Below the pieces are notes generated by a model that was not told the DNA's origin, searched no databases, and saw only the letters and a list, made by a program, of their open reading frames with translations. Below, piece by piece: positions 13,210 through 25,595 of a DNA stretch of 64,000 nucleotides (positions are counted from its first letter, which is position 1; every line of letters begins with the position of its first letter). The position numbers were made by a program, and so were the translations under genes. This stretch comes from Diadema antillarum (lineage: Eukaryota), in the NCBI RefSeq assembly GCF_040938485.1, contig NW_027271231.1, positions 1,488,001 to 1,552,000 on the forward strand. The letters are read 5' to 3'.

Positions 13210-13560
13210 CGACCACTTTAATTGCACTTGTAAACTCGTGCACACAACCGTAGACTGATTACTTCTGCACCAGATCTCCCTCACAGTAGTTGATATACAT
13301 GTAGGGCCTACGATATAGTGAGTTTTCTACTGACAATTCGCCTTTCCGCTTCCCGGCTAACGTTACAGCGTGATGTCGCAATGCTGTACGCGTATTACAC
13401 AACCGGCCGACTGATGCCCAGCTAAAGTAGCTAGAGATTCGAGTCCCGAGCTGAGTGAACAGGCGCGGCGCTACTTGGCAGGCGCTAGAGGCAGCGGCAG
13501 CTGTGTTGCCAAGGCGTCAATCGTGGGGGAGGGGAGGGGCTGGTCTCCAGCAAGAAAACC
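13210..13560 (-). promoter_or_regulatory. Probable RNF14 non-coding first exon and CpG-rich promoter
   Basis: Consensus donor GTGAGT on minus at 13209-13204. CpG-rich stretch at about 13330-13560 with ETS-like TTCCG/CTTCCCGG motifs. Candidate acceptors (cacag/ctatag) lie just upstream of the RNF14 ATG. TSS not determinable. Confidence 0.5.
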
Positions 13561-15687
13561 TGGAGGTCAGTGGATTACAGACGTCCGCTTGACGAAGGTA
13601 TTATTTGCCATTTACAAATGACACAAAAACCCAGCCCTTGTGCTTCACTGACAATAGTTCAAAATGTGAGTTAGGGATAGAAACAACCAAAGTAAAAAAA
13701 TTAAATCAGTAGGCCTATACTTGTCAATAGGTACCAGGTACCTAAACGAAATGTGAAAAATAATTATTAGGCCTATAAAAATGTTTCGAGATTAAACCGT
13801 CTACAGTTATGGTTCAGAGGGGAAATAGTGATATCTTCCTGTATTTTGGCTTTATTACGAACTTTTTATAGGGTAGGATGTTTTGTGATACAACTGACCT
13901 ACACATATGCATCAAATGTGATATCTCGAACATTTTTTTAATCACTGCTCCCAACGGTAAACAATACCTTAGATCATCACAGTGATAGGCCTATTTCGAC
14001 CAGGGCGGTAAGACGAAACGTCTCCCTGGTATGACATATAGGGCCTAATCAGACTAGTTTCATGAATTCTAGTGTGAACTATTCTTCTGTGTGTTCTGAT
14101 GTCAATGTATGCAATAAATCCTGCAATTCATCTCTCCCACATTAACATTCAAGTTTGGGGAATAGCTTTGATGAATAGAGTCAAACCATACAGAGTGGAA
14201 GAAGTACTATAGTAGGCCTAGTAATTAGATCTAAAAATGTTACAGAATTTCAGATTTATGCATTTCACAACTTACTAGCAATAATCAAACAGAACAATGT
14301 TCGCGTGTTTTTCGAATCGGATGTGGTAGACCTTGTGTTGTCTTGACCTCACAGTACATGTCTGCCAATAGGCTATACCATCGGCCTTGAATCCGGTAAA
14401 AGCTAATCTTCGCCCGTAATGTCCTTCATTAAAATCATAAATCAAAGAAAAAAAGAAGGTAACTTACTCTTTGCAATAAAAAAATATATTTAAAAAACCT
14501 CGTACAACTGTGTTGCAAATGAGACTTTGAGGGAGGGATTCGGTCTTGGATCGTATACTAAGTAGTTAGCTGTTTATTGTTTATGGGCCAAAGCAAAATG
14601 ATCTCTTAAAATTTGTATTATGAAAGTGTGTTGAGGTGACATCATCTTTCTATCCTGCAAACGTGGTTTCAACAATTTTCATTGTTTCTTGAAATTCGTG
14701 AAAACATTTAGATTGTTAAATCCACATAATTTACTTAGTTTATGCAGTTCATTTTCATTAATTTGTTATTGTCGATCCGACCCTTATGGAACATGGTCAC
14801 ACAGTGTGGTTTATGTGGTAGACCTAATGTCCCAATTTCAGAGAGTAATATGCGAATTTGGGACATTACCACATAAACCACACTGTGTGACCGTGTGCCT
14901 GTTCGCTATTGGTTGGTTTGTTTTTCTCCTTTTTTATTGATACTAACTCTAGGTCAGAGTGGCAGTAATGTATTGTAAAACCCGTTTAGGCCTACAGTTT
15001 CCCTTTCCACGAAACCAGAGATTCTTCACTGTCTAGCTGTTATGTCTATATATAAGCCTAGTAGATAATGTCCACTTTAATCATGGTCTCGGAGATGGGG
15101 TCTAGGGTGGGGATATTGAAGGGGATATAGAGGAAGTTGAGGTAAAAGAAATGGGTGACACAGTGGACAGGACTGGACAACCCCCCCCCCCCCATGAATG
15201 AATGAATATAGTATTTCAAAACGTGCGATGCTAGCTGAGTTCTTATATTGGAGGAATAAACACATGATGCATTTTTCATGCGCGCCCTAAAATCATACGT
15301 CACAATAACGCAATGTAATAAATATACGCTTCACCGTTCCTAGGCAAAGCCCCCCTCAATAGTCACCATCAAAGAGAGTACTGTATATAGAGGACCATCA
15401 CTTTCGTTTGCTTCGCTGCATTTGGCACCATGGAGCGGATAAGATAGGATATTAACATAGAAGACTAAGAGCGATGTTATAACTTATCCATAATAGATAT
15501 TTATAAACACGCTGGAAAAGATAAGAAATACGTCACCAGACTTAGGCTGTATTTTCTCTCCAACGTTCAACTCCCATAGACAAAGCGGTACATTCTTCTT
15601 ACATCAAAACATTTAAAAGCATCACCAAAGTGAGAATCCTTTATCTACACCGAACTCCATCGCCTTATACCTAATACTTGTAGATTC

Positions 15688-18519
15688 ATGGCAATTCCAT
15701 ATCGAGATGTTGGGGGAGACGTCCAGAGCCACTCGAATCATGCTGGGATCCACTCCAAGTAAGTGCAAACAGGAACTTTGTACGAATTCAACAGCTAGTC
15801 CACATGCACATACCAAGTTTTTGTGGAGACTGCGTCTCCATGTATTTAATCATTGCTATTACCAACTTCTTCGCGATATATCCTTGTACATGTATTTTGC
15901 TAAATAAAACTGAATTTGCGAATTGTCACATTGTTCCAAATTGTACTGCGTTGCGCATTCTCTCACCTGATGATTAGGTTTTTACGAGACTAGAAACCCT
16001 GTAATGGGTTAAATGCCTTATAGGAATATATTTTCTTTGATATAGCCCAAAAGCTTAATCACTACGACTAACGGCCTTGAATCCATTTAACATTATATCT
16101 TGCTAATATAATTCTTTTGAGAGACTTTATTTGGTACAACAGATGACAACCCCGAGATAGAAACATTCTTCAAGGTACAGTATTAGTATAATGTTCATAG
16201 TACATGGCATTGTTGTGGATTTTGTCGATTCATTTCGGATACTCATGTTCATTTTGTCAATTAATACTCATTTGCCTATGATATTCGTAGAAATAGGATA
16301 TATTATAATACACAATATAAAACGTCATTACGTACTAGATATCTATCTCTACGTGAACATTAACATTGCTGTAAAATGTAGCCATGCAGAGTAGACGTAT
16401 TTTTCTCATATGAGTTTCTTCCCTTGCCCTGCACAATATCAACATGCAATGACAGACAGTAATCCATTCTTTTCTATGTCTCTGACCCAGTCGCCACGTT
16501 CATTTTAAATACACGAGCTTATGATTGAATAGTATACTAATAAGCATAGATGGTCATGCTTTTTTTCCCCAAACCTCACTCTGTAACAGATACATTCCAC
16601 AGCAGTTAACCCGTTCATTTTGGTCGTTCGATGTACATTAAATAATCTATTCCATACATTTTGACATGCCTGCTTATGCCATGATCTGTTTGTGCTGCTT
16701 GTAAATCACAGTTGTTATGTCAAATCTGTAGGCCTGTGTTAAAATATTCAAGGGTTTTATTTTATTATTCCATAGTATCGAGTACAGAAACGTGATTACT
16801 ACCATTGTTACATCACTAGTCGGAGAAATGATAAAAAGTGGTCACAAGACGTGTCTACTTCTAAGTGAGTTTTACAAACTCTTTCTGGTACTGTATTTTG
16901 CTGATTCATACAGCTATCACAACGATGACAACAACTCATTTTCTTCGTACTTCTCGTCCGACGTCGGCGACGCGTCGGTCGATTCGGCCATCTCCTCGAC
17001 GGACCGACAAGGCAAGTGGCAAAAGCTTCGTACCTGGTGGTCTAAGAAGAGGCACATCAGCTGCATAACCTCTCCCAACTCGAGCGACGACAGCGACGAC
17101 GATTGCCTAGATGATGAGGAAGACGACGACGGAAACGCGGCGATCTTCACAAGAGCACGATGTCGTATCATGCGAGTAGTTTGCAAGCTCGATGACGTTT
17201 ACAGAGGAGTAGAGAGCGTCTACCGGGCAAGATATGGACAGATCGGCGACACGGTTGCTGATGACGCTTCGGCCGCCGTTCGGCTGCCCGAAGAAAAAGC
17301 CGAGTGTGTGGATCCCCTCCAGTGGGATCAGATTACACTACTCAGTGCTGTGGATGTCTTGCAGGCCAAGATTCGTGCAGTCCGGAAATTGTTCACTAGT
17401 TACAAGATGAAGGTGCCTTCCCGAAACTCTGATACAAAAGAGCAGAATAATCAAGATGAAGATGAGCTTTATTCATCACAAACGAAGCCTCGGCACAACG
17501 ACTTGAAATCGACTTGCAAGGTCGAACGAACCAGTGAGCATTTAAGTCTCATTTTCAAACTGCTCCAGGCGGCAAAAAGCTGCGTCTTTGACGCGGGCGC
17601 TTGCCCTTTGATGTCGGTTGGTAAATTCGTCCAGGCAGTAAGAGATGAGATGGTGGGTGCTGTCAGAAATGATATGATCATGAGAGCGTTTGGAGGCCAT
17701 GCTGTTGAAGGGTTGCCTTACTTTCTCACTGAAGACGATTGGACAGTTATTGATCTTAAACCGCAAGACCAAAAACGCAGTATCATAGAGCGTTGTGTAG
17801 AGTCGTCATCCAATTGTGAGGACACCGTTTCAATCACGTCAAGCGGATCGGGATGGGGCGCCTTCTATGGGAACTGCGGTGTCACGCCAACTTCCTCGAC
17901 CTCGGTCGAACACTACCACAGAATCGTAGCGTACTTCCGCAGCACTGCCCTGATTTGTGCGTATGTCTTCAAGCGACTGAAGGTCATCGACCAAGAGCTG
18001 GGTCGAGTGCAAAGGATGCTGGGTGAAATGCGGGACAAGCGCGTAAGGCACTGCAAGCCGTACAGCGACCGTGATGAGCTCCTCCGTCGCGTCATGCTGA
18101 AGGGCGAGACGCATCTCGACATGAGGAGAATCGCCATCACCAGCCTCAGCCCCGAGGAGTGCCGCGCGAAGCGCTTCATGATGAAGCTCGTTCTGCGCAT
18201 CGAGAAGAGGGCAGAGTGCGTACAGCAGCGATACGACGGCTGGCGACGCGCACGCGAAATTCCACAAGTACAGCGCCCTCTGGCGGACCGCAATAGCCAT
18301 GCACTTCGTGACCAGGATGTATCATCATCATCCTCCGAACGTTACGTGTGCTTCAAGATTAACGCTGGTGGCGCTGTAGTGAGGAAATATTGTGACATGA
18401 ACAGTTCTTCCTTTATCCAGAAAGCCTTCGGATCCCGCGCCATTGTAGGATTTAATGTAGTCGCTTCGAATTTCCGCTGTCAACGGATTTTCACACATTG
18501 CCACTTCGAAACAAACTGA
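15688..18519 (+). CDS. Uncharacterised protein (558 aa), 2 coding exons
   Basis: Exon 15688-15758 (attcATGg, donor GTAAGT, phase 2) joins in frame to exon 16914-18519 (acceptor ...ctgattcatacag). The 1.6-kb open frame is GC/CpG-rich against AT-rich flanks, and AATAAA lies at 18618-18623. No family recognised. Confidence 0.7.
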
Positions 18520-20177
18520 TCGCTGAACACAATGTTATGCAATCCGTCGGATATTCATTCATTTTTAGAATCCTTATTTAACAAATAGCCCATGTTCTCT
18601 CACGAAAATTAATGATCAATAAAGAATCACCCTTACAAAGCAGTAAAGTCCTCTCTACTTCAAATGTTTTACGATGGTGTCCAAAGATTACCTGGAAATC
18701 CCAATACCTGACAACGCAAATTACTTGAACTTCACGGTGACTCAAACTCCCAAGACAATAATTGGATCATACCAAAATCTGAAGTCCGAAAGTATGCTTT
18801 TTTTGTATTTGTGGTTTTTTTTTCAATTATCATGTGTTTATGATGTGATAAGTTTAGTGTTTTAATTCTATGTGAAAATACATCTTGATAAATCTGCACA
18901 CGTCAGCTTTAATCAACACAAAACGCCGGTTTAATGAAATACGGAATATAAAGGGACAACAATTATGATGAGTGTAATTCACTTTCCAGTTTTAATTATA
19001 GCACAAACCAATATTTATAATGGATATATGTTTGTATGTGTGTGAACAAACACAACCAAGCAGGTTTCGAAGTATAATGTATCCAGTAAGCAAGTTCTCT
19101 TCTTTTTTTTTTTTAAAGTGGGCATGGTAATACACCACAAAAGCTTTAAAAAAATTCTATGTACAGCCCCTTCCCACGACTTATCGGTACTCTATTGCAA
19201 GGGGTGTGGATAACTCCTTCCTTTGACTAAGAAACTTCTTATCTATAGAGTGTAGTATAGGCCTAGCATAAGCGCGAGGTTATTATTGAAAGCCGGTAAT
19301 CAGTCGGCACAATGTCCAATCTCTGCGGAGTGGTGGCGTGAAAGGGGTTTTAGGACACGATTACAGACTCAATTCGGCACTGAGCAGTTTCCTCTGAATT
19401 CTGCACCGCAGACAATAACGGGGGAAAAAAGAAAGAAAGATGAGCCATATTCACAGCTATAGTCGACCACCACTGAGGCAGGACTGACAGCGTGCTTTTT
19501 TTGTCCTCCCAAACAATAATTTCTTATATTCCACGTAGGGTTAGCCTATATGCCGTCCTTCTCGCTCGATCCTGGTACATACTCGTCATGGATAGTCCGT
19601 CAGGTGACATGACGTTTACTTCATCAAGGGAAGCTCACACCTCCCTGTTTTATATCACTACACCATATTGAATATGACTCTATTAAGGAACACACGTATT
19701 TCCCAAACTTTTGATAACTTTATTCTGCTTGAAGTACGCGCTAATGTAAGACTGGCAACTTTTCAATGTACTAAGCATGTTACAAAGTACTGTATCATAC
19801 TTTCTTCAGAACGCAAGATTATAAACATTTCATCCTATAGCTCCCTATCATTCGTCTGGGATGGAGGTATACTACACAGTCAATAAACATTCCGTGTAAT
19901 ACTCGAAGTAGAGAGTTAGGAGGAAAAAAAAACATTGTAATATGAGCTGGGAAAGCGTGAAAAAAAAAGCAATTATACAGAAAGTAAGACATTCAACTGA
20001 CATACAGACTGAGAAGAAATATTGTGGTGTGTGGCTAAAAAATCGAGATGTGGTTGCACCCTGAACAAAACAAATCAACACAATCACTTTTCGGGAACAA
20101 TTCACCTGAAGAGGAAAATCAACACGCACCCTCACAGTTAGAACACTGTGCACCCTTTTCACCGTAATGTGCTTTAA

Positions 20178-20319
20178 AGGGATGGTACAGTATTGGTGGA
20201 GATGAGAATTGGGCTTTTAACTTTTTGCGAGATACCAAGAAAACACTTATGATATAGTACAGAGCATACCATTTTAAGAGGAATTCAAAGTTTATTTGAT
20301 AAAAATCGGGTTTTGAATT
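20178..20319. mobile_element. Truncated terminal fragment of a Kolobok-like MITE
   Basis: TTAA|AGGGATGGTACAGTATTGGTGGAGAT... is the reverse complement of the right end of the element at 21522-21902. It is flanked by a 55-bp direct repeat (20124-20178, 20320-20374). Confidence 0.7.
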
Positions 20320-21521
20320 ACGCACCCTCACAGTTAGAACACTGTGCAACCTTTTCACCGTAATGTGCTTTAAACAGTGCTGCTGCTTGTCCGGCATCTC
20401 AGAACTTTAATTCTCTTCGCAAACTTTGGTCAAAAGTCTTCTTTTCTTTTCCCTCTCCCGAACTGAAGCGGAATGCTTGGAATTTTGTTCCAGTATCATC
20501 TCCTGTTAGTGCCTATTCTGTTCTTTATTCTGGCGCGTTGGTCCAGGACAGATGCATTGTCAAGCACACTCTCTCGTTTCGCCCAATGAGCAACAACGCT
20601 ATGAGCTTGATTAGCATGATAATACAACCAAGAAACTCCTTTTGTCAGTGGTTTCCCATTGAGCAAAATGTTCCTAAACTTTTGAGTGGTCGTTTGTATT
20701 CTTGGCGAGAGTTTGGTTTCTCCTCTCACCACGCTTGTTTGCAGTTCACCAGCATCGGAGTTTGTGGATCAAAGACGGAGAGAACGCTGCATGGCTCTAT
20801 AGTCTTCCGAAATTGTTGTTTAATGACTCCCTCGCATTTTCGATTGAACGTTAATTCGAGGGTCAACAAACGCAGGAGGACGCGGGCGCCAATTACTATA
20901 GTATCCGCGCTGATGACTGACCTGTTCCACTTTCCACGGTTCCTCGATAAAAGAGAACACAGTTTTGAAGTTCGGCTGCAGCGACTGATGAGGATACCAT
21001 GCTTGATTGTAACAAACTGTGGAGGTAACTTGTCATATAGGCCCTTGACTGCTCTGCTTCAAAGAGGTATGAATCTTTTTCATCCATTTTATTGCGATAT
21101 ATGCAGTGAAACTTTTATTCCAGTCCTCCACGGAATAGAACTGTACACCTGGTATGATGCATCTTGATTAGTTTGTGCCACGATCAAAAATGAGAACTCG
21201 TTTAAAGACGCTACGGATGAGCTACATTTTGATAACTGTACACATAAAAGTCTGAACAAGTCGTGCAAAAGAAAATGTGGTGGGGAATCTCGTATTCATT
21301 GTTGCAGAGATGCCACTGGATATTTCAAAATTTCGTTTGTTTTGTTTTTTAACACGGAGTCGTGCAGTTTCTCGGAATAAGTGTGCACCGAATACTCTTC
21401 TGGGCAAGAGTTTCATATGTACCCCCTGCTGTGCGTTATGTATAGTAACATGATTAAGTTTATAGGTGGCTTTGGGATTAGGATTAGAGTTTACTCAGTT
21501 TAGGATCAGGGTTAGGGTTAA

Positions 21522-21902
21522 AGAGATCGTATAGTTTTGGTTGAGACCTAATCATAGGTTTCTAACATTTTTTGGTGAGACAATGAGAAACCTCTTATGA
21601 AATATGAAAGAGCATGTAATTCCATGAGGAATTCAACGTTTATTTGCTGAAAATTGGCTTTGAAATGGCCGAGATATCCAAAACAAAGCGATTCTAATAA
21701 GTGTGGGACCCACACTTTATTACTATCGCTTTGTTTTACTTTATTTTTGGATGTTTCAGTCATTCCAAACCCGATTTTCATCAAATAAACTTTGAATTCC
21801 TCTTAAAATGGTATGCTCCGTACTATTTCATACGTGTTTTCTTGGTATCTCGCGAAAAGTTAAAAGCCCCTTTCTGATCTCCACCAATACTGTACTATCC
21901 CT
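21522..21902. mobile_element. Kolobok-like MITE (TTAA TSD, AG...CT termini)
   Basis: TTAA at 21518-21521 and 21903-21906; termini AGAGATCGTATAG / TGTACTATCCCT; loosely palindromic interior. A related copy lies at 51395-51776. Confidence 0.7.
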
Positions 21903-24242
21903 TTAAAGTTAGGGTAACATTGATTTTGGTGTCCTAGGGTAATGCAGACTTCAGAGGAAGCTCATATAATGTAGGTCTATTATAGTGGGGGTACATATGG
22001 AACTCTTTCCCTCTTCTGAAAGTTGACATCGATAAACTTCAACATGTACATGTATGAATTAACCTTGTGTGTGTATTTTGATATACATACATGTATATTC
22101 AAGATGTGTTGAATTTTGCAGCTATACCAGTACTTGTTTTCTCAGCATAGTTTAACGTGGACCTACAGTATTTGTTGTATGTTTCCTCGTTTTGTTTTGT
22201 TTTGTTTCACTTTTTTTTTGTCACACACGCTGCCACACATGTGACAGGAGCAGAGAGTAGTTAAAGTACCACCCTCTTTGTAATGGTCACACCTATGCGA
22301 TTTAAATCTATATCGACAGATCAGAGGGAGACTAAGAAGAGTGTGACTGCCAAAGCGAAGCGAAGGAGCGTTTTACGCATTAACACACTAATGCTCATGG
22401 AATGCGTCGAATGGATACCAGACAATTCAGACGCAATATCGCAACTATAAGGGGTTCACTGTTCAACACTTTCTCTCTCTGTAGATACCCCTATTGGCCT
22501 TTGATATACAGATCTAAAGCGGCAGAAATCGGAACAGCCGCTGATTCAGTAGGCTAACATCTGCTTTAAGAGGAAACGTGGCTGGAGGAGCAATGCCTAT
22601 AGTACTCAGTTGGGCAGTGCAGCCGTGAACATTTAAAGATTGAGAGATTGACCCTTCAGAGTTTAGTGTTAGTTTATGATACTGTATACACTTTATACGT
22701 TCTTGTTAATAGATCCGATTGATAAGTTAGCTTCATCGAAATTGTACCTCGAACAACTCGTAACAAATTAGTCAATGCACGTGTTCCCTCTAAACAAATT
22801 ACATCTTACTTTGAACAAAACTTACTATCTTGTTGGCTGGCACTAGAATTGTGTGTGTGAAATTTGCTCATGATTGTCAGCCAGTCTAACCACCTACATT
22901 ATCTACTTTTTGTTCTTTTTAGGAAGCTGGAATAATCCGTACAGTGAAAAAGAAATGATGTTCATTCACTGGCGACTCGATATACAGAAAGCGATGTAAA
23001 AGGAGCGGTCGAGTGTCTATCAACTTGATGACGTCATGTAGGAGAGGGTCTTCAGGGCACGCATCTCCTGTGACACATCGCTTGCTTTGAAATATCGACA
23101 AATCGAGAAGTGAGTAAAGATCAAACTACATCCTGGCTATAAGCATTAGTTCTCTTTTCTAAATTCTATAGCTCCCATTAGAAAGAATTCTTTAGAATTA
23201 TTCGCCCAACTGAAACCGAACTGTCCAACCCAATAATCCCAACCTCATCCCAAGCCTAAAACCATGACTCGGGATTACCACCAAAAAAAAAAAGAAAAAA
23301 GAAAAAAAAGACCAAGCTCCAACCCTAACCCTAGCTCTATACCCTAGATGTATGTATATAATATTCGGGTTCAGTGGTGGTACTGTACTTTTTGTATAGT
23401 ACAATGTATCATGGTCTTATTTACTCAGAGAAGCTATTTTCACAGTTGCCATAGACCCTTGCCATTATGGTTCCTTATTATGACCCTGCGAGGGACGAAG
23501 TGGATGAGAACACGTATATTTTTCAGGAAGGTTTCTAACCCAGGATTTCGTGTTCTTGAGTCCTCGGTCTTATTCATTCACTGTATCATTTCGTCTGTGT
23601 ACCTCTATTCCCTATGCACTTGATTATGTTTTATTTACGATCATGATGCACCAGATATCCTTGGTAAATCATTTGCATACATATATATATATATATATAT
23701 ATATGACAGTGTGTTTGAACGTCGCTCAAAGTAAAAGAATTTCATTCAGTGATTTTTTTTTTAAAACAGCTCCTCAAAAATTCTAGGTAAAATTGTACTT
23801 GTGAATGTTTCTTAATGCTTTTCTTCGTTGTCATTTTCGCCGACGCTGTGTTGTGTTACCCTTTGTACTATCTCAAGCTGTAACGCAATCTTGGGGGTCC
23901 CCCATGATGATGAGAGACAATATTTGTCACTCTCATATTCGCAGTATAAGAGACGATCTACGCCCACTCCAGAGTGGTGTCATGAGGTACCACTGTTTAA
24001 AGCGTAATTATGCAATCGCCCTTGTTCTTCCAAGTCAGACAAAAAGAGAGAAAAATCCTAACGCATTCCCCACATAATACTCCATAAAATTATGAAAATT
24101 ATGAAAAAGTCACGACCAATGGCTTACTCTCATAGATTATTCATGATACAAGATGTACATGTAACTATAATTTCTCATTGTTGTCCTTGTCATATCCGTT
24201 CTTGTTTTCTCTCGAAGCTCATCGCACCGTTTACAGATAATC

Positions 24243-25595
24243 ATGGATGCGGATAAAATCCTGACGATCATCAAGAAGAACAATATCTCCATGATCCGCT
24301 TTGAGATGCCCGACGTCTACGGCATCTCGCACTGCCGCCTCTTCCCCGCGGCCGCCTTCGCGAGGAGGGTGTCCGACGGCGTGAAATTCGGCATCAGTAC
24401 CGTCATGTCCTCGGATCCGATGGGGAACCTGGCCGAAGGAACCGGTTGCGGGGAAGAGATCGGCTATGGCGACTGCCTCGCGTTCCCCGACCTGGACAGC
24501 TTCCAAATCTTGCCCTGGACGCAGATCAACACCGCTAGAGTGCTAATGAACCCAACAGTCAACGGACTCCCGCTGACGGGCTACCCGAGATTTGTGGCGC
24601 GGCGGCAGGTGGCGAAGCTGAACGCCGTCGGGTTCTCGCTGTTGTCCACGCACAGCTTCGAATTCCACGTAGAGAACTTGCAGGACAGGAACCCGATCTT
24701 CTCCGGGAGGAACTTCGGCGCCACCGTCAGACTACCCTCGGCGGAGGGAATTCTGGAGCCGCTCTGCGAATATCTCCCTCAGGTCGGACTAGAGCTGGAA
24801 AACATGGACACCGGCCATGGACCAGGTCAACTCAGTATATCATACAAACCTGCATTCGGTCTCAAGGCAGCCGATAATGCTTACACGTATCGCACGTCGA
24901 TCAAGGAGATTGCTCGTAGGCATAACTACATGGCAAGTTTCATGACAAAACCGTATGGAGACATGGGATGTGGCTCTTCCGGACACTTCATTCACTCTAT
25001 ATGGGACACAAAACGCAAGGGGCCCTTACTTTTTGACAAGGAGCATCCAACGGGACTATCGAAGAATGGCCGGCACTGGGTGGCGGGGATTCTGGCACAC
25101 GTTCCTGGTCTAACCATTCTTATGGGTCCAACCATCAACTGTGTGAAGCGATACATTCCAAACGAGCTCGTGCCGGTCAATGCGACCTGGGGTTATGACA
25201 ATCGCAGCACGGCGGTGCGTGTGCGCATTGCGGGTGATCGAGGCACGTTCATCGAAAATCGTCTGCCCTCCAGCGGTTGTAATCCATACATCGTGATGGC
25301 GGCAACTATTGCGGCGGGCTTGGATGGCATCGCCAACAAGCTCCCCCTTCCGCCGCCCATAAAAGGCGACGTGAGAGACGAGAAAGTCGTTCCTCCGTAC
25401 ACTGCCAGCGTGCCAAACAATCTCCACGACGCTTTGAGTGCGCTCGTTGCGGACACAGTTCTCTGCGACGCCCTCGGCGACGATTTCATCAACTGTTTTC
25501 TCGCTCTCAAGCAGCAAGAGGATCGGCTGCACACGAAAGCCATGGCAACGGGAAACTCGAAATGGGAGTACGATTACTACTTTGAGTACATGTGA
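24243..25595 (+). CDS. LGSN: Lengsin-like class I glutamine synthetase family protein (450 aa), intronless CDS, probably catalytically dead
   Basis: GS beta-grasp N-terminus (IRFEMPDVYGIS; GYGDCLAFPDLDSFQILPW) and catalytic-domain motifs (PGQLSI, ASFMTKP, GSSGHFIHS, TWGYDNRSTAVRV, IENRLPSSGCNPYIVMAATIAAGLDGI). An acceptor ...tttacag at 24235-24236 indicates a 5'UTR intron. The symbol denotes the lengsin-like subfamily, not proven orthology. Confidence 0.9.
   Translation: MDADKILTIIKKNNISMIRFEMPDVYGISHCRLFPAAAFARRVSDGVKFGISTVMSSDPMGNLAEGTGCGEEIGYGDCLAFPDLDSFQILPWTQINTARVLMNPTVNGLPLTGYPRFVARRQVAKLNAVGFSLLSTHSFEFHVENLQDRNPIFSGRNFGATVRLPSAEGILEPLCEYLPQVGLELENMDTGHGPGQLSISYKPAFGLKAADNAYTYRTSIKEIARRHNYMASFMTKPYGDMGCGSSGHFIHSIWDTKRKGPLLFDKEHPTGLSKNGRHWVAGILAHVPGLTILMGPTINCVKRYIPNELVPVNATWGYDNRSTAVRVRIAGDRGTFIENRLPSSGCNPYIVMAATIAAGLDGIANKLPLPPPIKGDVRDEKVVPPYTASVPNNLHDALSALVADTVLCDALGDDFINCFLALKQQEDRLHTKAMATGNSKWEYDYYFEYM

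Noticed and set aside
16792-16913. ORF-track start (GTG, MITTIVTS...) for the 575-aa ORF
   Set aside because: This stretch is AT-rich and ends in a pyrimidine tract plus CAG acceptor. A phase-compatible ATG exon exists at 15688-15758, so it is read as intron.
17469-18300. Antisense ORFs over the orphan gene (and 24231-25543 over the GS-like gene)
   Set aside because: These are the expected shadow frames of GC-rich coding sequence.
18674-18865. Protein-like short ORF MVSKDYLEIPIPDNANYLNF... with a donor-like site near 18791
   Set aside because: No convincing acceptor, partner exon or recognisable motif; it lies just past the orphan gene's poly(A) signal.
21480-21521. TTAGGG-like motifs (also CCCTAA at about 23322-23335) as interstitial telomere
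   Set aside because: Only 1-2 exact units within degenerate interspersed-repeat sequence.
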